This document shows, in pieces, positions 26,521 through 37,146 of a DNA stretch of 64,000 nt. The translations under genes were made by a program, and so were the position numbers. Positions within the stretch are counted from its first letter, which is position 1, and each line of letters opens with the position of its first letter. The stretch comes from Escherichia phage PSD2002: the sequence record OK335775.1, one strand, 5' to 3'. Under the pieces are notes generated by a model. The model worked only from the letters and a program-made list of their open reading frames with translations, did no database searches and was not told the origin of the DNA.

Positions 26521-26970
26521 ATGAATACTTATATGACTCGCCGTAACGTTCTGTCTGCTGGTGCTACTACTGTTGCTTATGTTAAGAACGGTGAATACCA
26601 AAATGGTAAACCTTCTAAAGAAATCTCTGCTCAGCCAGGCTTCTACTTCTTTGTTAAAGGCGGAGCTGATTCTCGTGTCGTAGCGGCTCGTTTTTATGTC
26701 GGTAATCAACGTTCGGCCCAAGGGCTCGACGGTATCATGGCTAACATTCGTAAGAAACGTTCTCAATCAGCTCGCACTATGGCAGTGAACGGTGTTGTGT
26801 ATGAAGTTCTTTATGTACCGGCTTCTAAGATGAAACCCCTGACTACAGGTTTTGGTAAGGGTCAAATTGCAATGGCTTTCACTCGTAATCATAGTTCCGA
26901 CCTCCAGACACTGGAAGAAATGAACCGTATGTTGGCTGATAACTTTAAATTCATCCTGCAGGCTTACTAA
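26521..26970 (+). CDS. ndd: Ndd nucleoid disruption protein
   Basis: 149 aa; C-terminal LTTGFGKGQ...[15 protein letters not shown] block matches T4 Ndd as recalled; located between rIIB and 52. Confidence 0.8.
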
Positions 26971-27057
26971 TGAGTAATTTCCATAACGAGCATGTGATGC
27001 AGTTCTATCGTAACAATCTTAAAACTAAAGGCGTCTTCGGACGCTAATGAGGAAAAT

Positions 27058-27219
27058 ATGGTTATCCTAGTTTTTATTGAACTTATTATGGCTATAGTCT
27101 GTTCAGTTTGCTTCTTTTTAGGTGTGTGGGCCCCTGGTCCGATATTCTTAAGTTTTCTGCTTATTGGTTGGGTTCTTTCTACTTTTGTCGGTTTACTTAA
27201 GACGATTAAAAATGATTAA
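27058..27219 (+). CDS. Small membrane protein
   Basis: 53-aa hydrophobic ORF after GAGGAAAA. Confidence 0.35.
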   Translation: MVILVFIELIMAIVCSVCFFLGVWAPGPIFLSFLLIGWVLSTFVGLLKTIKND

Positions 27220-27352
27220 TAAAATCCTGGGCTACTCGTTAGCCCTTGCTGCTTTATTAGTAGCGCTGTATTACGGAGTAATGTTCGGACTTATCCAAGT
27301 TGTGCTTTTTATTTCCGATGTTATTATGGCTATTCATTCACTAGTATGGTAA
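27212..27352 (+). CDS. Small membrane protein (ac-like position)
   Basis: 46-aa hydrophobic ORF immediately upstream of gene 52. Confidence 0.35.
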   Translation: MINKILGYSLALAALLVALYYGVMFGLIQVVLFISDVIMAIHSLVW

Positions 27353-27356
27353 AATT

Positions 27357-28736
27357 ATGGCTGATGTAATTGATACCCTTTTTAAACAGGCTTTAGATGT
27401 TTACGATGATTCTTTCACTCGTCGTGACTTAAAAAGTATTATCGACAACGAAGCATTGGCTTATGCAATGTATACTGTCGAAAACCGAGCCATTCCAAAT
27501 ATGATTGATGGCTTTAAACCTGTACAACGTTTTGTAGTGGCTCGTTGTCTTGATATGGCTCGTGGTAATAAAGAAAAATTCCACAAACTGGCTTCTATCG
27601 CTGGTGGTGTAGCCGACCTCGGATATCACCACGGTGAAGGTTCTGCTCAGGAAGCAGGGGCTTTGATGGCTAACACATGGAACAACAACTATCCATTGTT
27701 AGACGGCCAAGGTAACTTCGGTTCTCGATTGGTTCAAAAGGCTGCAGCCTCTCGTTATATTTTTGCTCGTATCGGAAGTAACTTTGCAAAAGTTTATAAG
27801 GACACAGAATATGCTCCGGTTCATGCGGATGTCGAACATAAGCCACCGGCTTTTTATCTGCCTATTATTCCTACTGTTCTTCTTAATGGCGTTTCCGGTA
27901 TTGCAACTGGTTATGCAACTAATATTCTTCCTCATAGTTTTGATTCTGTTAAGAAAGCTGTATTGCAAGTTCTTCAGGAAAAACGTGTAACCAAGCCTAA
28001 AGTGGCTTATCCTGAATTCCGTGGTGAAGTTGTTGAGATTGAGCCTGGTAGTTATGAGATTCGCGGAACGTATAAGTTCACATCCCGAACCCAAATGCAT
28101 ATCACGGAAATTCCATACAAATACGACCGTGAAACATATGTGGCTAAGGTATTAGACCCTCTGGAAGACAAAGGGTATATCACATATGATGACGATTGTG
28201 ATGAGAACGGTTTCGGCTTCAAGGTTAAGATTCGTAAAGAATATGAATTGCCCACTGATGAAGATAAGAAACACGAAAAACTCATGAAGGACTTCGGGTT
28301 AATTGAACGTCGTTCACAAAACCTGACTGTCATTAATGAGAAAGGTAAACTTAAGGTTTACGAAGATGCAGTTGAACTGATTCGTGATTTCGTTGAGGTC
28401 CGTAAGACCTTTGTACAGAAACGTATTGATGGTAAAATCATCGAAACCGAAGAAGCTTTCAAACTGGCACTGGCTAAAGCCACATTTATCAAAGATGTTA
28501 TTGATGGAATTGTAGTTATCCAAGGTAAGACTCGTAAGGTTTTAACCGAAGAATTGGCTGGTAATAAAGTCTACGGCGGATATGCCGATAAACTGGTTGC
28601 AATGAACATTTTCCATATCACTTCTGACGAAGCTAAGAAACTGGCTTTGGAAGCCAAGGCTAAGAAGGAAGAGCATCAATACTGGAAAACCACTGATGTT
28701 GTAACTGAGTATGTTAAAGATTTGGAGGCTCTATGA
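27357..28736 (+). CDS. 52: DNA topoisomerase II medium (GyrA-like) subunit
   Basis: 459 aa; GyrA N-terminal breakage-reunion motifs; matches T4 gp52. Confidence 0.95.
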   Translation: MADVIDTLFKQALDVYDDSFTRRDLKSIIDNEALAYAMYTVENRAIPNMIDGFKPVQRFVVARCLDMARGNKEKFHKLASIAGGVADLGYHHGEGSAQEAGALMANTWNNNYPLLDGQGNFGSRLVQKAAASRYIFARIGSNFAKVYKDTEYAPVHADVEHKPPAFYLPIIPTVLLNGVSGIATGYATNILPHSFDSVKKAVLQVLQEKRVTKPKVAYPEFRGEVVEIEPGSYEIRGTYKFTSRTQMHITEIPYKYDRETYVAKVLDPLEDKGYITYDDDCDENGFGFKVKIRKEYELPTDEDKKHEKLMKDFGLIERRSQNLTVINEKGKLKVYEDAVELIRDFVEVRKTFVQKRIDGKIIETEEAFKLALAKATFIKDVIDGIVVIQGKTRKVLTEELAGNKVYGGYADKLVAMNIFHITSDEAKKLALEAKAKKEEHQYWKTTDVVTEYVKDLEAL

Positions 28737-28837
28737 GCCTTGGAGTCGAGTTCTTATTACTCTGTATCTTTGCTGTTATTCTAGGCCTGGCGACAGGCTT
28801 AGCTATAGGTTTAATAGCAGCCCACTTTAAAAAGTAA
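28733..28837 (+). CDS. Small membrane peptide
   Basis: 34-aa hydrophobic ORF, start overlaps gene 52 stop (ATGA); terminator follows. Confidence 0.3.
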   Translation: MSLGVEFLLLCIFAVILGLATGLAIGLIAAHFKK

Positions 28838-28859
28838 GGAACCTTCGGGTTCCTTTTTT
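28838..28859 (+). terminator. Rho-independent terminator after gene 52
   Basis: GGAACC-TTCG-GGTTCC plus TTTTTT; same module as at 8820. Confidence 0.7.
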
Positions 28860-28875
28860 GGTTTAGCAAAAAAGT

Positions 28876-28904
28876 GTTTACATCTGCTTTAAACATGATA
28901 CTAT
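28876..28904 (+). promoter_or_regulatory. Early promoter upstream of motA
   Basis: GTTTAC-N17-TACTAT. Confidence 0.6.
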
Positions 28905-28939
28905 AGACCTATCAAATAAATGGTTATCGGAGATACAAA

Positions 28940-29575
28940 ATGTCTAAAATTACTTATATCATCAAAGCTTCTGAAGACGCCCTGAATGAAAAAACGGCTT
29001 CGATCTTAGTACATATCATCAAGCATAACTTCATCACTTCAGGCGAAGTCCGTGAAGCCCTGAGTGAGCAATTTAGTGCTGCGGTAGTTAACTCTAATAT
29101 CGGTGTATTAATTAAGAAAGGATTCATCGAAAAATCTGGTGACGGACTAGTGGCTACAGGTGAAGCAATGGACCTAGTTCAAAAAGCTGCTGACTTGTTC
29201 GCTTCTGAAAATGCTCCAGAGATGTTGGAAAAACGTAAAACGCGTAGTTCACGTGGTGTTACTCCTGAAATGGTAACACTGGCTGATGAAGTTAAAGCTT
29301 TATTAGAAGACCGTATCGAGATTCGTGAAATTGCTGAAAACCGTAGCAACCTTGAAGTTCGATTCGCCAAACGTACCAATGGTATTCGTCAAATTGAAGT
29401 CCGTCGTGACGGAATGATGCGCATCTTCGGTTATAATATGACCGATAAAGAAAAACAAGTGTTTACTTCCTTGAATCTTGATGTTAAGATTAAGACCGGT
29501 GGTAAGAATACTTATATCGACTTCCAAAATGTATCATCTGAAGTTATCAAAACCGTAACCAACGCAATTATCTGA
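28940..29575 (+). CDS. motA: MotA middle-transcription activator
   Basis: 211 aa; MSKITYIIKAS...NSNIGVLIKKG matches T4 MotA as recalled. Confidence 0.9.
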   Translation: MSKITYIIKASEDALNEKTASILVHIIKHNFITSGEVREALSEQFSAAVVNSNIGVLIKKGFIEKSGDGLVATGEAMDLVQKAADLFASENAPEMLEKRKTRSSRGVTPEMVTLADEVKALLEDRIEIREIAENRSNLEVRFAKRTNGIRQIEVRRDGMMRIFGYNMTDKEKQVFTSLNLDVKIKTGGKNTYIDFQNVSSEVIKTVTNAII

Positions 29576-29589
29576 CTGAGGAAATTATT

Positions 29590-29919
29590 ATGAACAAGTT
29601 TAATATTCTGTGTGAATTACAGCGTTGTAAAGAAAACACCCAAGAAGGTTGGGATATCTGGTATCACGGTGCTTATCTTGGAAGTATCATAAAGGTTAAA
29701 GTCGGTAAATACTTAATCGTCCGTAATGATTCAGGCGCTCCATACGGTTCTCGTGATACTTTTATGGCGGCATTAGGTTCTTTCGTTGATGCTGCTGGTG
29801 AGGTGTACCAAGCAGACTACAAAGAATACCAGGAATCACAACCTGTTATTCGTTCAATTGGTGTAAATAAAGCTCAACAGAAAACTTTATGGCAACGTGT
29901 TAAAGGATGGTTCAAATGA
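29590..29919 (+). CDS. Hypothetical protein
   Basis: 109-aa ORF after GAGGAAA. Confidence 0.45.
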   Translation: MNKFNILCELQRCKENTQEGWDIWYHGAYLGSIIKVKVGKYLIVRNDSGAPYGSRDTFMAALGSFVDAAGEVYQADYKEYQESQPVIRSIGVNKAQQKTLWQRVKGWFK

Positions 29920-30254
29920 TTCCGATGGAACTTAACTGGGACGGTGAAGGTCATTCCCTTAAATTGATTGAAGAACAACGTAATGATTGGGACGAGCGTG
30001 TAGCTTTGGTAAGCGGTATTAAGAAAATTTACCAACTCGATCTCCAGATTGATAACGTTTATCTTGAATTTGGTATGCAGTTATTACGATTTCTTGAGAT
30101 TATTTTTATTGAAAAGGTAAATATAACTTCGTATGGCGAGGGCCAAACAGTTAATATTAAATTATCATCCTATTATAAAGGTGATTTAATTGAAACTGCC
30201 ACCAAAATTCAAGAATTTGCTAAAGATAATGGTCATAAGGTGATTTTCAAATGA
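29907..30254 (+). CDS. Hypothetical protein
   Basis: 115-aa ORF, overlapping start. Confidence 0.45.
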   Translation: MVQMIPMELNWDGEGHSLKLIEEQRNDWDERVALVSGIKKIYQLDLQIDNVYLEFGMQLLRFLEIIFIEKVNITSYGEGQTVNIKLSSYYKGDLIETATKIQEFAKDNGHKVIFK

Positions 30255-30739
30255 ATCTATTAAAAGGTAAAGCATTATCCTTTAAAGACCGTATGGCTTT
30301 ATTAGATAAAGCTCTTTCTCGTGAGACGCCTGAAAGTCTAGCAGCTAAATTACGGGCTTATGGCGATTACACCGAATATACAGAAGAGGATGTTTTGGAA
30401 GAGGTTCCTGAAATCTGTTGGCAAATCGCTCATTGGTGCGAAGACCAAAAATTCCAGCGTCGAATTGTGTGTGCTGCAAACCGTTTTAAGTTAAAAGATG
30501 GTGGAACTCTGGTTATTCCTGCGACACGTCATTACTCTAAAGATATGGGTGCGGTTATCAAGGCGGTTGAAGATAAATTGGTAACACGATTTGTCTGTGA
30601 TGATGACCAAGGCTTTGTCGACCAATATGGTAATTATTGGACTCGCGAAGAAGCAATGATTATTGCGACTTATGCTAATCAAGTTCGTATTGAACGTGGT
30701 GGTAGTGAAAAAGAACTTTACTCTGAGGACCTTTACTAA
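30251..30739 (+). CDS. Hypothetical protein
   Basis: 162-aa ORF in the motA-asiA interval. Confidence 0.45.
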   Translation: MNLLKGKALSFKDRMALLDKALSRETPESLAAKLRAYGDYTEYTEEDVLEEVPEICWQIAHWCEDQKFQRRIVCAANRFKLKDGGTLVIPATRHYSKDMGAVIKAVEDKLVTRFVCDDDQGFVDQYGNYWTREEAMIIATYANQVRIERGGSEKELYSEDLY

Positions 30740-31020
30740 TGAATCTTAAACAACTCCAGATTGATGCAATCGAAGCCCATATTAATCATGTTAAACGACA
30801 GAATGTCACGGTGGAAGATAATTGGGGAACTTATGTAAACCAACCGGCTTGGGATGCCTTAGACCACGAATATATAAAGAATATTAGTTCTAAGACAATC
30901 CATGGTAATATGGAAGGGTTGAAGCCGTTCCTACGTGATATGTATATTGCAACTAATAAAGAAATTATCAGCTCTCTTGAATATCAATTAAGGAAATTAC
31001 GTGAACAATCTGGTAGCTAA
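30739..31020 (+). CDS. Hypothetical protein
   Basis: 93-aa ORF. Confidence 0.45.
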   Translation: MNLKQLQIDAIEAHINHVKRQNVTVEDNWGTYVNQPAWDALDHEYIKNISSKTIHGNMEGLKPFLRDMYIATNKEIISSLEYQLRKLREQSGS

Positions 31021-31109
31021 GCACGATTTCAATAAGGCTTCTGTCCATAAGGACAAGAAGAAAAATCTTAAAGAGTCTAAACGTAAGCAGAAACATAAGG
31101 GTAAAGGCT

Positions 31110-31268
31110 ATGAGTCATAACTTAGAGAATACCGTAACAGGCATGCGTACACGTGAGCAGGAGTGCTTTGAGGAATTCCTGGGAGCTGATTTTAAGTTCC
31201 AGGAACCAATAGAAGAGATGTATCAGGAATATGTTAAAAAGAACGAAGAACATGTTTACAATCCCTAA
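31110..31268 (+). CDS. Hypothetical small acidic protein
   Basis: 52-aa ORF below cutoff. Confidence 0.3.
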   Translation: MSHNLENTVTGMRTREQECFEEFLGADFKFQEPIEEMYQEYVKKNEEHVYNP

Positions 31269-31323
31269 GGATATGTTAGTATAGCCCTATCAGATAATGG
31301 CGTACTGAATTGAAGAGAATATT

Positions 31324-31599
31324 ATGACTAAAATTGAAATTGTTTCCGAAATTGCTACTATTGTTTCCATTTTGATTAAAACGGATTGTGAAGACATCAT
31401 GCAACGTCGTGATGAGTTTATTGCCTTTTTGAATGAGTTGGGTATTCGTAATGAACATGGAAAGGAACTTAATGGTTTGTCTTATAACAAATTATTTAAG
31501 TCATTAACTGAAGATGAACGTGACACTCTTATTGAGCAATTTAATGAAGGGTATGAAGATATACACCGTTACTTAATGATGTATACCTCCAATTTCTAA
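31324..31599 (+). CDS. asiA: AsiA anti-sigma70 factor
   Basis: 91 aa; ...VSILIK...FIAFLNE...NEGYEDIHRYLMMYT matches T4 AsiA as recalled; convergent with holin t. Confidence 0.85.
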   Translation: MTKIEIVSEIATIVSILIKTDCEDIMQRRDEFIAFLNELGIRNEHGKELNGLSYNKLFKSLTEDERDTLIEQFNEGYEDIHRYLMMYTSNF

Positions 31600-32249
31600 C
31601 GTGTTCGACCTAATGTCCTCCCAGCCTGACCGCACATAGACGAAAGTCTAGGAAATCCTAAATCCGGTTTGATATCATACCAGTACAACGATATCGAGCC
31701 GGCGTAGACGTTATCCAAATTAAAAAACGGGCACGAAAACATATACGTGAATTGTGTTTTCTTCTTTGTAGGAAGGAATACAGTTTCGGTACTTGATTCA
31801 AAATAGTTCCCGTTAACTCCCGCCATATATTCTACTGACGTTTTGTCAATTGGAAACCCTCCCGTATTTTTTGCGTCTACCGTTTCCGGTAATTTACCCT
31901 CGTAAGCAACCATATCCACAAAATAATTCATGTTGGTTGGTCTAAAAGAATATATTGCTGTGAAGTCTGCGCCTGAAGAAGAATGCACTATTCGGAGCTG
32001 CTCGATAGCCGCAATTTTAAATCTATTGTCCTGGTCTTGTCTAATCATTTCAGTATAAGAGGCATAAGTAGTCTCTTTATAAAAGTTTAGAATATACTCG
32101 CCTTTATACCAAACCAATGCCATAAAGAACAATAATACCACGACTAGGACCCGGGAAAAAACTACTTTCCCGGAAGAAGTATCTTTAAAAATTCTATCAA
32201 GAAGTCCAAAAAGTAGGTCTGATAATGATATTCCTACTTTTGGTTCCAT
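31596..32249 (-). CDS. t: Holin T
   Basis: 217 aa; single N-terminal TM segment with large periplasmic domain; size and position (after gene 38) as T4 t; late promoter upstream. Confidence 0.85.
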   Translation of the reverse strand: MEPKVGISLSDLLFGLLDRIFKDTSSGKVVFSRVLVVVLLFFMALVWYKGEYILNFYKETTYASYTEMIRQDQDNRFKIAAIEQLRIVHSSSGADFTAIYSFRPTNMNYFVDMVAYEGKLPETVDAKNTGGFPIDKTSVEYMAGVNGNYFESSTETVFLPTKKKTQFTYMFSCPFFNLDNVYAGSISLYWYDIKPDLGFPRLSSMCGQAGRTLGRTR

Positions 32250-32267
32250 ACTTTTCTCCTTTAAAGA

Positions 32268-32275
32268 TATTTATA
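32268..32275 (-). promoter_or_regulatory. Late promoter TATAAATA for holin t
   Basis: TATAAATA on - strand followed by SD AGGAG and the t start codon. Confidence 0.6.
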
Positions 32276-32286
32276 GCGCTTATGTA

Positions 32287-33081
32287 CTATAGCCAGGAAC
32301 CGTAGATAACACCTGTATTATGCCAAGTAGGAGAACTTCCAGCAACAGCAGCTCCTGCGCCGCCACCAGCGCCGACTTTTAGAACTTTACCACCATCAGA
32401 CCATGCATTCTGACCTGCGCCGCCAGCATCGCCACCCTGACCAGAGTGAGCATTTCCGTATTGATAACCACCTCCTGGACTATCCAAAGAAGCTCCGCCA
32501 CCTGAATATCCACCACCACCGCCTGGGCCAAATGGTCTTCCTCCACCACCGCCAATATCTTGCCAGTTTGCACCAGAGTGAGGACGATAAGCGATACCAC
32601 CGCCGCCACCGCCACCGCCGCAGATAACCCCACCATTATTAATTCTTAAACGACCGCCAATATCATTTACAATACAAGTTCCACCCAATTGGCCGTTGCC
32701 ATCGCCGCCCGAGTGGGTCCATCCACCTTGACCACCTCGGCCCCATATATGAACCCCACCACCAATATTCAATTGAACATATTCGTTTGGAGTATCCCCA
32801 TACATAAAGAACAATGGAACATCACGGGTATAAGATACTAATGTATCTGTAAGATTAAACACAATAGGCGCACTACCGGCTTCAAAGCAACGGTCGCGGA
32901 ACCATTGCCCATTAAAGTTATGGTCCCCACCTAAAGTATGAATTACTTCAACAGACCGACCGTTCATATTACTCATCCAAAACGGAATACCCATTCTCAA
33001 TCGCTGGGCGGCGCCGCCCATCCAATTTTGTCCTGTATTAGCTACTGCAGACGATCCTACCCACGGTCCTCCAACTGCCAT
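32287..33081 (-). CDS. 38: Gp38 tail-fibre adhesin, T2-type with glycine-rich motifs
   Basis: 264 aa from ATG 33081 (SD GGAGG; the ORF-track start is a TTG 12 nt upstream); conserved N-terminal domain and C-terminal polyglycine tracts (GGGGGGGG, GGGGG) separating variable segments. Confidence 0.85.
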   Translation of the reverse strand: MAVGGPWVGSSAVANTGQNWMGGAAQRLRMGIPFWMSNMNGRSVEVIHTLGGDHNFNGQWFRDRCFEAGSAPIVFNLTDTLVSYTRDVPLFFMYGDTPNEYVQLNIGGGVHIWGRGGQGGWTHSGGDGNGQLGGTCIVNDIGGRLRINNGGVICGGGGGGGGIAYRPHSGANWQDIGGGGGRPFGPGGGGGYSGGGASLDSPGGGYQYGNAHSGQGGDAGGAGQNAWSDGGKVLKVGAGGGAGAAVAGSSPTWHNTGVIYGSWL

Positions 33082-33112
33082 ATAAACCTCCAAGGGGCCT
33101 AAGCCCCTCTTA

Positions 33113-36100
33113 TTATTTTAACAATGATTTAATTAGTGCTTTAAGTTCTTCAATCTCTGATTTCAATTCTGCTATTTCTGCAGTGTGCTCATTGATTGCA
33201 GCTGTATTTAAACCAATTACACCGTTATAGTTTAAACGAAGTAAAGCTTCACCGTCAGGGTCGCCTTCAACCAATTCAGGTAAAATAGCTTGAACTTCTT
33301 GAGCAATTAAACCAGCATTAGGTTCCCATTTCTGATTACCTTCTTCATCCAGGCCACGTTTCTGCATATAAGTGTAACCGTTAATTTTTGAAAGTGTTTG
33401 TGAAGCATTTTCAAATTTAACAAGGTCTTTTTTAACACGAATATCAGAACGAACATAAACATCACGAACAAATGTCGAATAGCTATCGTTTGCCTGAACT
33501 AAATGGCCGTGAGAAATAATTGCTCTGCCAACTTCTGTCCAAAAAGATCCATTTGAATCCCAAAGGCCCGGATGAGATTGATACATTGTACCCCAGCTTG
33601 CAATATGTACACTATTAGCAACCATATTGATTCGGCCGTCACCGCCGTGTGATAATCCTGTGTCGTTATCACCAATAGCAATACTAGGAGAGCCTAATCC
33701 ATTAACAGTACCAACACCAATTGCAGGAGTCTGGACTAAAGACGGGGCGTAAAATAAACCACTAGAGTGGAATTCGAAAATACCTACAGGACCGTTGCCA
33801 TTTTCCTGGTTACCAACACGAATTATAGCTTGTCCCCATGTTTGTGGAGTACGACGCATACCGAAATCAACACCTGATATGTATCCTTCGTTAGTAATAC
33901 CAGATTTTCCTTTGATAATCGGATAATAACTATCATTACCGACGTTGCCAAAATCCACAAATACAGGAGCTTCTAAACCCCATTGGTCACCCCATGCACC
34001 AGATTGATGAGCCACCCATTGTGCAGCCTTTATATAAAGTCGGTCCCTATTAAAATAAAAAGTATCCGACCCCTGAGGAGCTAAACCAACTTCTCCACTA
34101 TTATGAATATTAACGCCTGAATTAGTTTGGAAACTATAAAACGATAAGTTGTTATCAGCGCCGCCATTACCAACATACCAGTTATTAACGCCTGCTTTTT
34201 GTCCTTTCACATAACCAGATTCGGTTGCAGCACTGTTAATAACAATAGCATCCGAGTTTGCATTAAGAGTTAAGCGGCCTGTCATTGTGTCGCCTTCTTT
34301 AGAAACACGGCTATAGACAGCACCAAGAAGATTGGTTACATCACCGGCAGAAGTAAACGTTTTCCAGATATCAGACCAGATGTTACCATTTTTGGCAATA
34401 GTAGCTTCACCACCGCCAACCTGCACGTTATCCGGGAAATTAACTGTACCATCAGCATTAAATCTTGATGTATGACCTTGGGTCCCGTCTTCTTTGTAAT
34501 GATGCAAAACAAAAGTCCCGGAATTAATTTCAGTACCTAAAGACCAAACAGCTTTTCCTTGTAAGAATTTCTGCTTAACAATAGGATAATATTTACTTAC
34601 CGCGTCATCATCAATTTCTTGGAAAACAGGAGCTGCTTGTGCATATTGAATATCATAACCACCCGCACCGGCGCCGTGTCCACCGAATTTAATATAACCG
34701 TTTGCTGCAAAAGAAGCATAACTCAAATCTAAGTCAGGAATAACTACCTTACCATTACTTAAATCTATACTTAAAGGACGAAGTGGCCCTATATCGCCGG
34801 TTTTACCTTCACCAAAGGCGGTAGGAATAATATGTAGGCTTGTTTCTGAACGGCGGAAAATGGCGCCGTAGTCATCATTCCAAATTCTAAGAGCATTGAC
34901 AGCATTACCAGCAATAGTGCCGGAGGCGTTAACTTCTTTACCGACATTTATGCTTTCGTTTACATTCATGCCACCATTTAAATGGGCTTCAACTTTGTCA
35001 TCGGTTTTGCGCTGAATATACCACATCCAACTAGTGGCATCAGATATTTCCATTACGTTTTTGCGGTCACCAGCGACATTAGTAAAGGTATTACCCCAAA
35101 CGCTGATAGTCATATTATCAACTGAACTACTTCCTGTTGTATTTCCTCTGAACATAAGAGTCGAAGCGTTGTTGCGGCCATCAATATTAACCGAACCACC
35201 AACAACATCAATATTACCAGGAGTAACTAACAAACCACCAGCGGTGTTAACGTTTGTAGTACCCTTACCACGGAAATAGTGGTGATAATTGCCACCTTGA
35301 TAATAACCTAAAAGAGTTTGACCGTCACCATACGCGTTATTATCATGATAAGTGACAACCGTCGCCAAAGCATAGTTTTCCGACGGAGGAGTGGTTAAAT
35401 CGGTACCGTTTACAGAATAACCCATAACCATTTTTCTAAGACTGGTGGTTTCTGCAGGGCCGTACAGGAAAGTTCTCGTGCCGTTATTAACGCTGAAATA
35501 ATATCCATCCTGATGCCATTTTAACCCGGTGTCATTATCGCCAAGAGCAATTGAAGCCGTTCCTAATTCAGAATATCCTTTAGAGTCGCCTGGGGTGCCT
35601 ACAGAAATAGAATGACCAGCTTTCAATCCGCCAGACCAGGTAAACGACCAAAGATAAGCTTCTAAGCCATCTCCAGCATACCAGGTTATTCCATCACTAT
35701 CTTTAACTTCATGGAATATACGTGCTCCTACAGCATTTCGCATAACACGGAGGCGGTTAATAGCCGTTTCGCTTTCTGTCATTGGAGTGTTATTTGCTAA
35801 TGAATAGATATCATAATCGCCCGTCTTCTTCCCATTTGTAATAACTTTATCGGTCAAAATCTGAGGAGACGAAATAGATTTCCATGCTGATACTTCAGGT
35901 GAAGTAAATAGGCCACTGCCTGAAAATGCATAAGTGCTTTCGCTTGCAGTAGAATAATCCTGTACGCGAATATTAACTACTTGGTTAGTTGCTCCTGCAT
36001 TATTAGGAGAAAAAATAATACCACGCTCACGGTCATCGCCATCAAAGAAACGAAGATGAGAAGTTGAGGCACTCTTAGAAATAAGTTCACCACCGTGGGT

Positions 36101-36415
36101 CATAATCTGCCCGGCGGCAATAATATCGCGAGTTACTCGAGCAATACCATTGAGATTGAAATCACCAATTTGAGTAAATACACCATTAAGTGTATAATCA
36201 CCGGTTTGATTGTAGTTACCGGTATGAATAACATTGCCGTCAATATTACCACCTTTAGCAAAGCCAAGGTCAATGATGGCACCGGTGTCGTCTTTAGTAA
36301 AAAGTAAACGGTCCTTTAAGTTAATAGCCAGTTCGCCTTCAGCCAACTGGGCTGGTGCCGGACGTACACCAGCTACTTTACTTCTTTTAAATTGGATTTG
36401 CTTTAAAGTAGCCAT
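33113..36415 (-). CDS. 37: Gp37 long tail fibre distal subunit with C-terminal intramolecular chaperone domain
   Basis: 1100 aa; N-terminus [13 protein letters not shown] matches T4 gp37; C-terminal ~120 aa resemble the autoproteolytic intramolecular chaperone of T2-type fibres. Confidence 0.95.
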   Translation of the reverse strand: MATLKQIQFKRSKVAGVRPAPAQLAEGELAINLKDRLLFTKDDTGAIIDLGFAKGGNIDGNVIHTGNYNQTGDYTLNGVFTQIGDFNLNGIARVTRDIIAAGQIMTHGGELISKSASTSHLRFFDGDDRERGIIFSPNNAGATNQVVNIRVQDYSTASESTYAFSGSGLFTSPEVSAWKSISSPQILTDKVITNGKKTGDYDIYSLANNTPMTESETAINRLRVMRNAVGARIFHEVKDSDGITWYAGDGLEAYLWSFTWSGGLKAGHSISVGTPGDSKGYSELGTASIALGDNDTGLKWHQDGYYFSVNNGTRTFLYGPAETTSLRKMVMGYSVNGTDLTTPPSENYALATVVTYHDNNAYGDGQTLLGYYQGGNYHHYFRGKGTTNVNTAGGLLVTPGNIDVVGGSVNIDGRNNASTLMFRGNTTGSSSVDNMTISVWGNTFTNVAGDRKNVMEISDATSWMWYIQRKTDDKVEAHLNGGMNVNESINVGKEVNASGTIAGNAVNALRIWNDDYGAIFRRSETSLHIIPTAFGEGKTGDIGPLRPLSIDLSNGKVVIPDLDLSYASFAANGYIKFGGHGAGAGGYDIQYAQAAPVFQEIDDDAVSKYYPIVKQKFLQGKAVWSLGTEINSGTFVLHHYKEDGTQGHTSRFNADGTVNFPDNVQVGGGEATIAKNGNIWSDIWKTFTSAGDVTNLLGAVYSRVSKEGDTMTGRLTLNANSDAIVINSAATESGYVKGQKAGVNNWYVGNGGADNNLSFYSFQTNSGVNIHNSGEVGLAPQGSDTFYFNRDRLYIKAAQWVAHQSGAWGDQWGLEAPVFVDFGNVGNDSYYPIIKGKSGITNEGYISGVDFGMRRTPQTWGQAIIRVGNQENGNGPVGIFEFHSSGLFYAPSLVQTPAIGVGTVNGLGSPSIAIGDNDTGLSHGGDGRINMVANSVHIASWGTMYQSHPGLWDSNGSFWTEVGRAIISHGHLVQANDSYSTFVRDVYVRSDIRVKKDLVKFENASQTLSKINGYTYMQKRGLDEEGNQKWEPNAGLIAQEVQAILPELVEGDPDGEALLRLNYNGVIGLNTAAINEHTAEIAELKSEIEELKALIKSLLK

Positions 36416-36423
36416 AATGCCTC

Positions 36424-37071
36424 TTAATAATAACCAAAATCTTGAATAGAATCTTTAATAACAATCTGGTCAAAACGAGGAACGTGTCCTGCGTCAGAGG
36501 CCGGATTCAGCGAAATAAAGTTAGGAGCAGCAAGTACTCCGGTCATTGTTTGCATGTTAGTATTATTTATTTGGACTTGTTTTGCGTTATCTACTAATGG
36601 CAATCCGACTTGGGCTTTAGTAGGGGTGTTGCCTGGGCTGAATACGCGGCCAGATTCATCGTATACCTGACGGAATAATGAATCACCCATTACGGTAAGT
36701 CGTTTAGCACCAACTGCTGTATTCGGGTCAAATATTATAAATGGAGTACCGTTTTCCGTTTCATATCCAAAAGCGCCTTTAATACGGAAAGAAGCCGTGA
36801 ACGGTGCTCCACCAGTTCTTGTTCCTAATTTAATACCGTATCCATTAGTATCATTAAAGGTCAGCCCTTTTTCAAAATACACGTTATTCTTATAATTGCC
36901 GCCGTTTGCTTTTGAAACAAAGTCGTTATCAGCGGCTTGTGGTTTATTATATTCGGTATAAACTTTATATGTTTTGTAAAGAAGGTCATTTGATACAGGC
37001 GTTAAGGGAAAATTACCTTGGTGCCATAATACTGAACCTCCTGCTGTAGAACCTAATTTTAAATCTGCCAT
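36424..37071 (-). CDS. 36: Gp36 long tail fibre distal connector
   Basis: 215 aa; N-terminus MADLKLGSTAGGSV.WHQGNFPL and C-terminus HVPRFDQIVIKDSIQDFGYY match T4 gp36. Confidence 0.85.
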   Translation of the reverse strand: MADLKLGSTAGGSVLWHQGNFPLTPVSNDLLYKTYKVYTEYNKPQAADNDFVSKANGGNYKNNVYFEKGLTFNDTNGYGIKLGTRTGGAPFTASFRIKGAFGYETENGTPFIIFDPNTAVGAKRLTVMGDSLFRQVYDESGRVFSPGNTPTKAQVGLPLVDNAKQVQINNTNMQTMTGVLAAPNFISLNPASDAGHVPRFDQIVIKDSIQDFGYY

Positions 37072-37118
37072 TTGAGTTTCCTTTGGGAGTTATAGCCTTT
37101 TATATATTTATGGCCGTA

Positions 37119-37146
37119 GAAAACGAAAAAGGAACCCGAAGGTTCC
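37119..37146 (-). terminator. Terminator between tail-fibre genes 35 and 36 (possibly bidirectional)
   Basis: GGAACC-CGAA-GGTTCC hairpin flanked by T/A runs on both sides, directly downstream of the gene 35 stop. Confidence 0.6.

Noticed and set aside
27699-28100. 133-aa - strand ORF inside gene 52, plus similar antisense ORFs inside gene 37, nrdA, rnlA, gene 32 and others
   Set aside because: They lie fully within strongly supported conserved genes on the opposite strand, lack RBSs, and are the usual antisense open frames of AT-rich phage coding DNA.
32403-32627. + strand 74-aa His/Arg-rich ORF inside gene 38
   Set aside because: It is the reverse-complement reading of the glycine-codon (GGN) tracts of gene 38 on the - strand; no RBS, and it overlaps a well-supported adhesin gene.
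32560-32640. Short GGTGGCGG-type DNA repeats that might suggest a CRISPR-like or microsatellite array
   Set aside because: They are in-frame glycine codons of the gp38 adhesin (polyglycine linkers), not spaced repeats with unique spacers.
37072-37118. Late promoter for gene 36 in the 35-36 intergenic region
   Set aside because: The - strand reads ...CATAAATATATAAAAGG..., which only approximates TATAAATA; the position fits but the motif is not exact, so it was not annotated as a feature.
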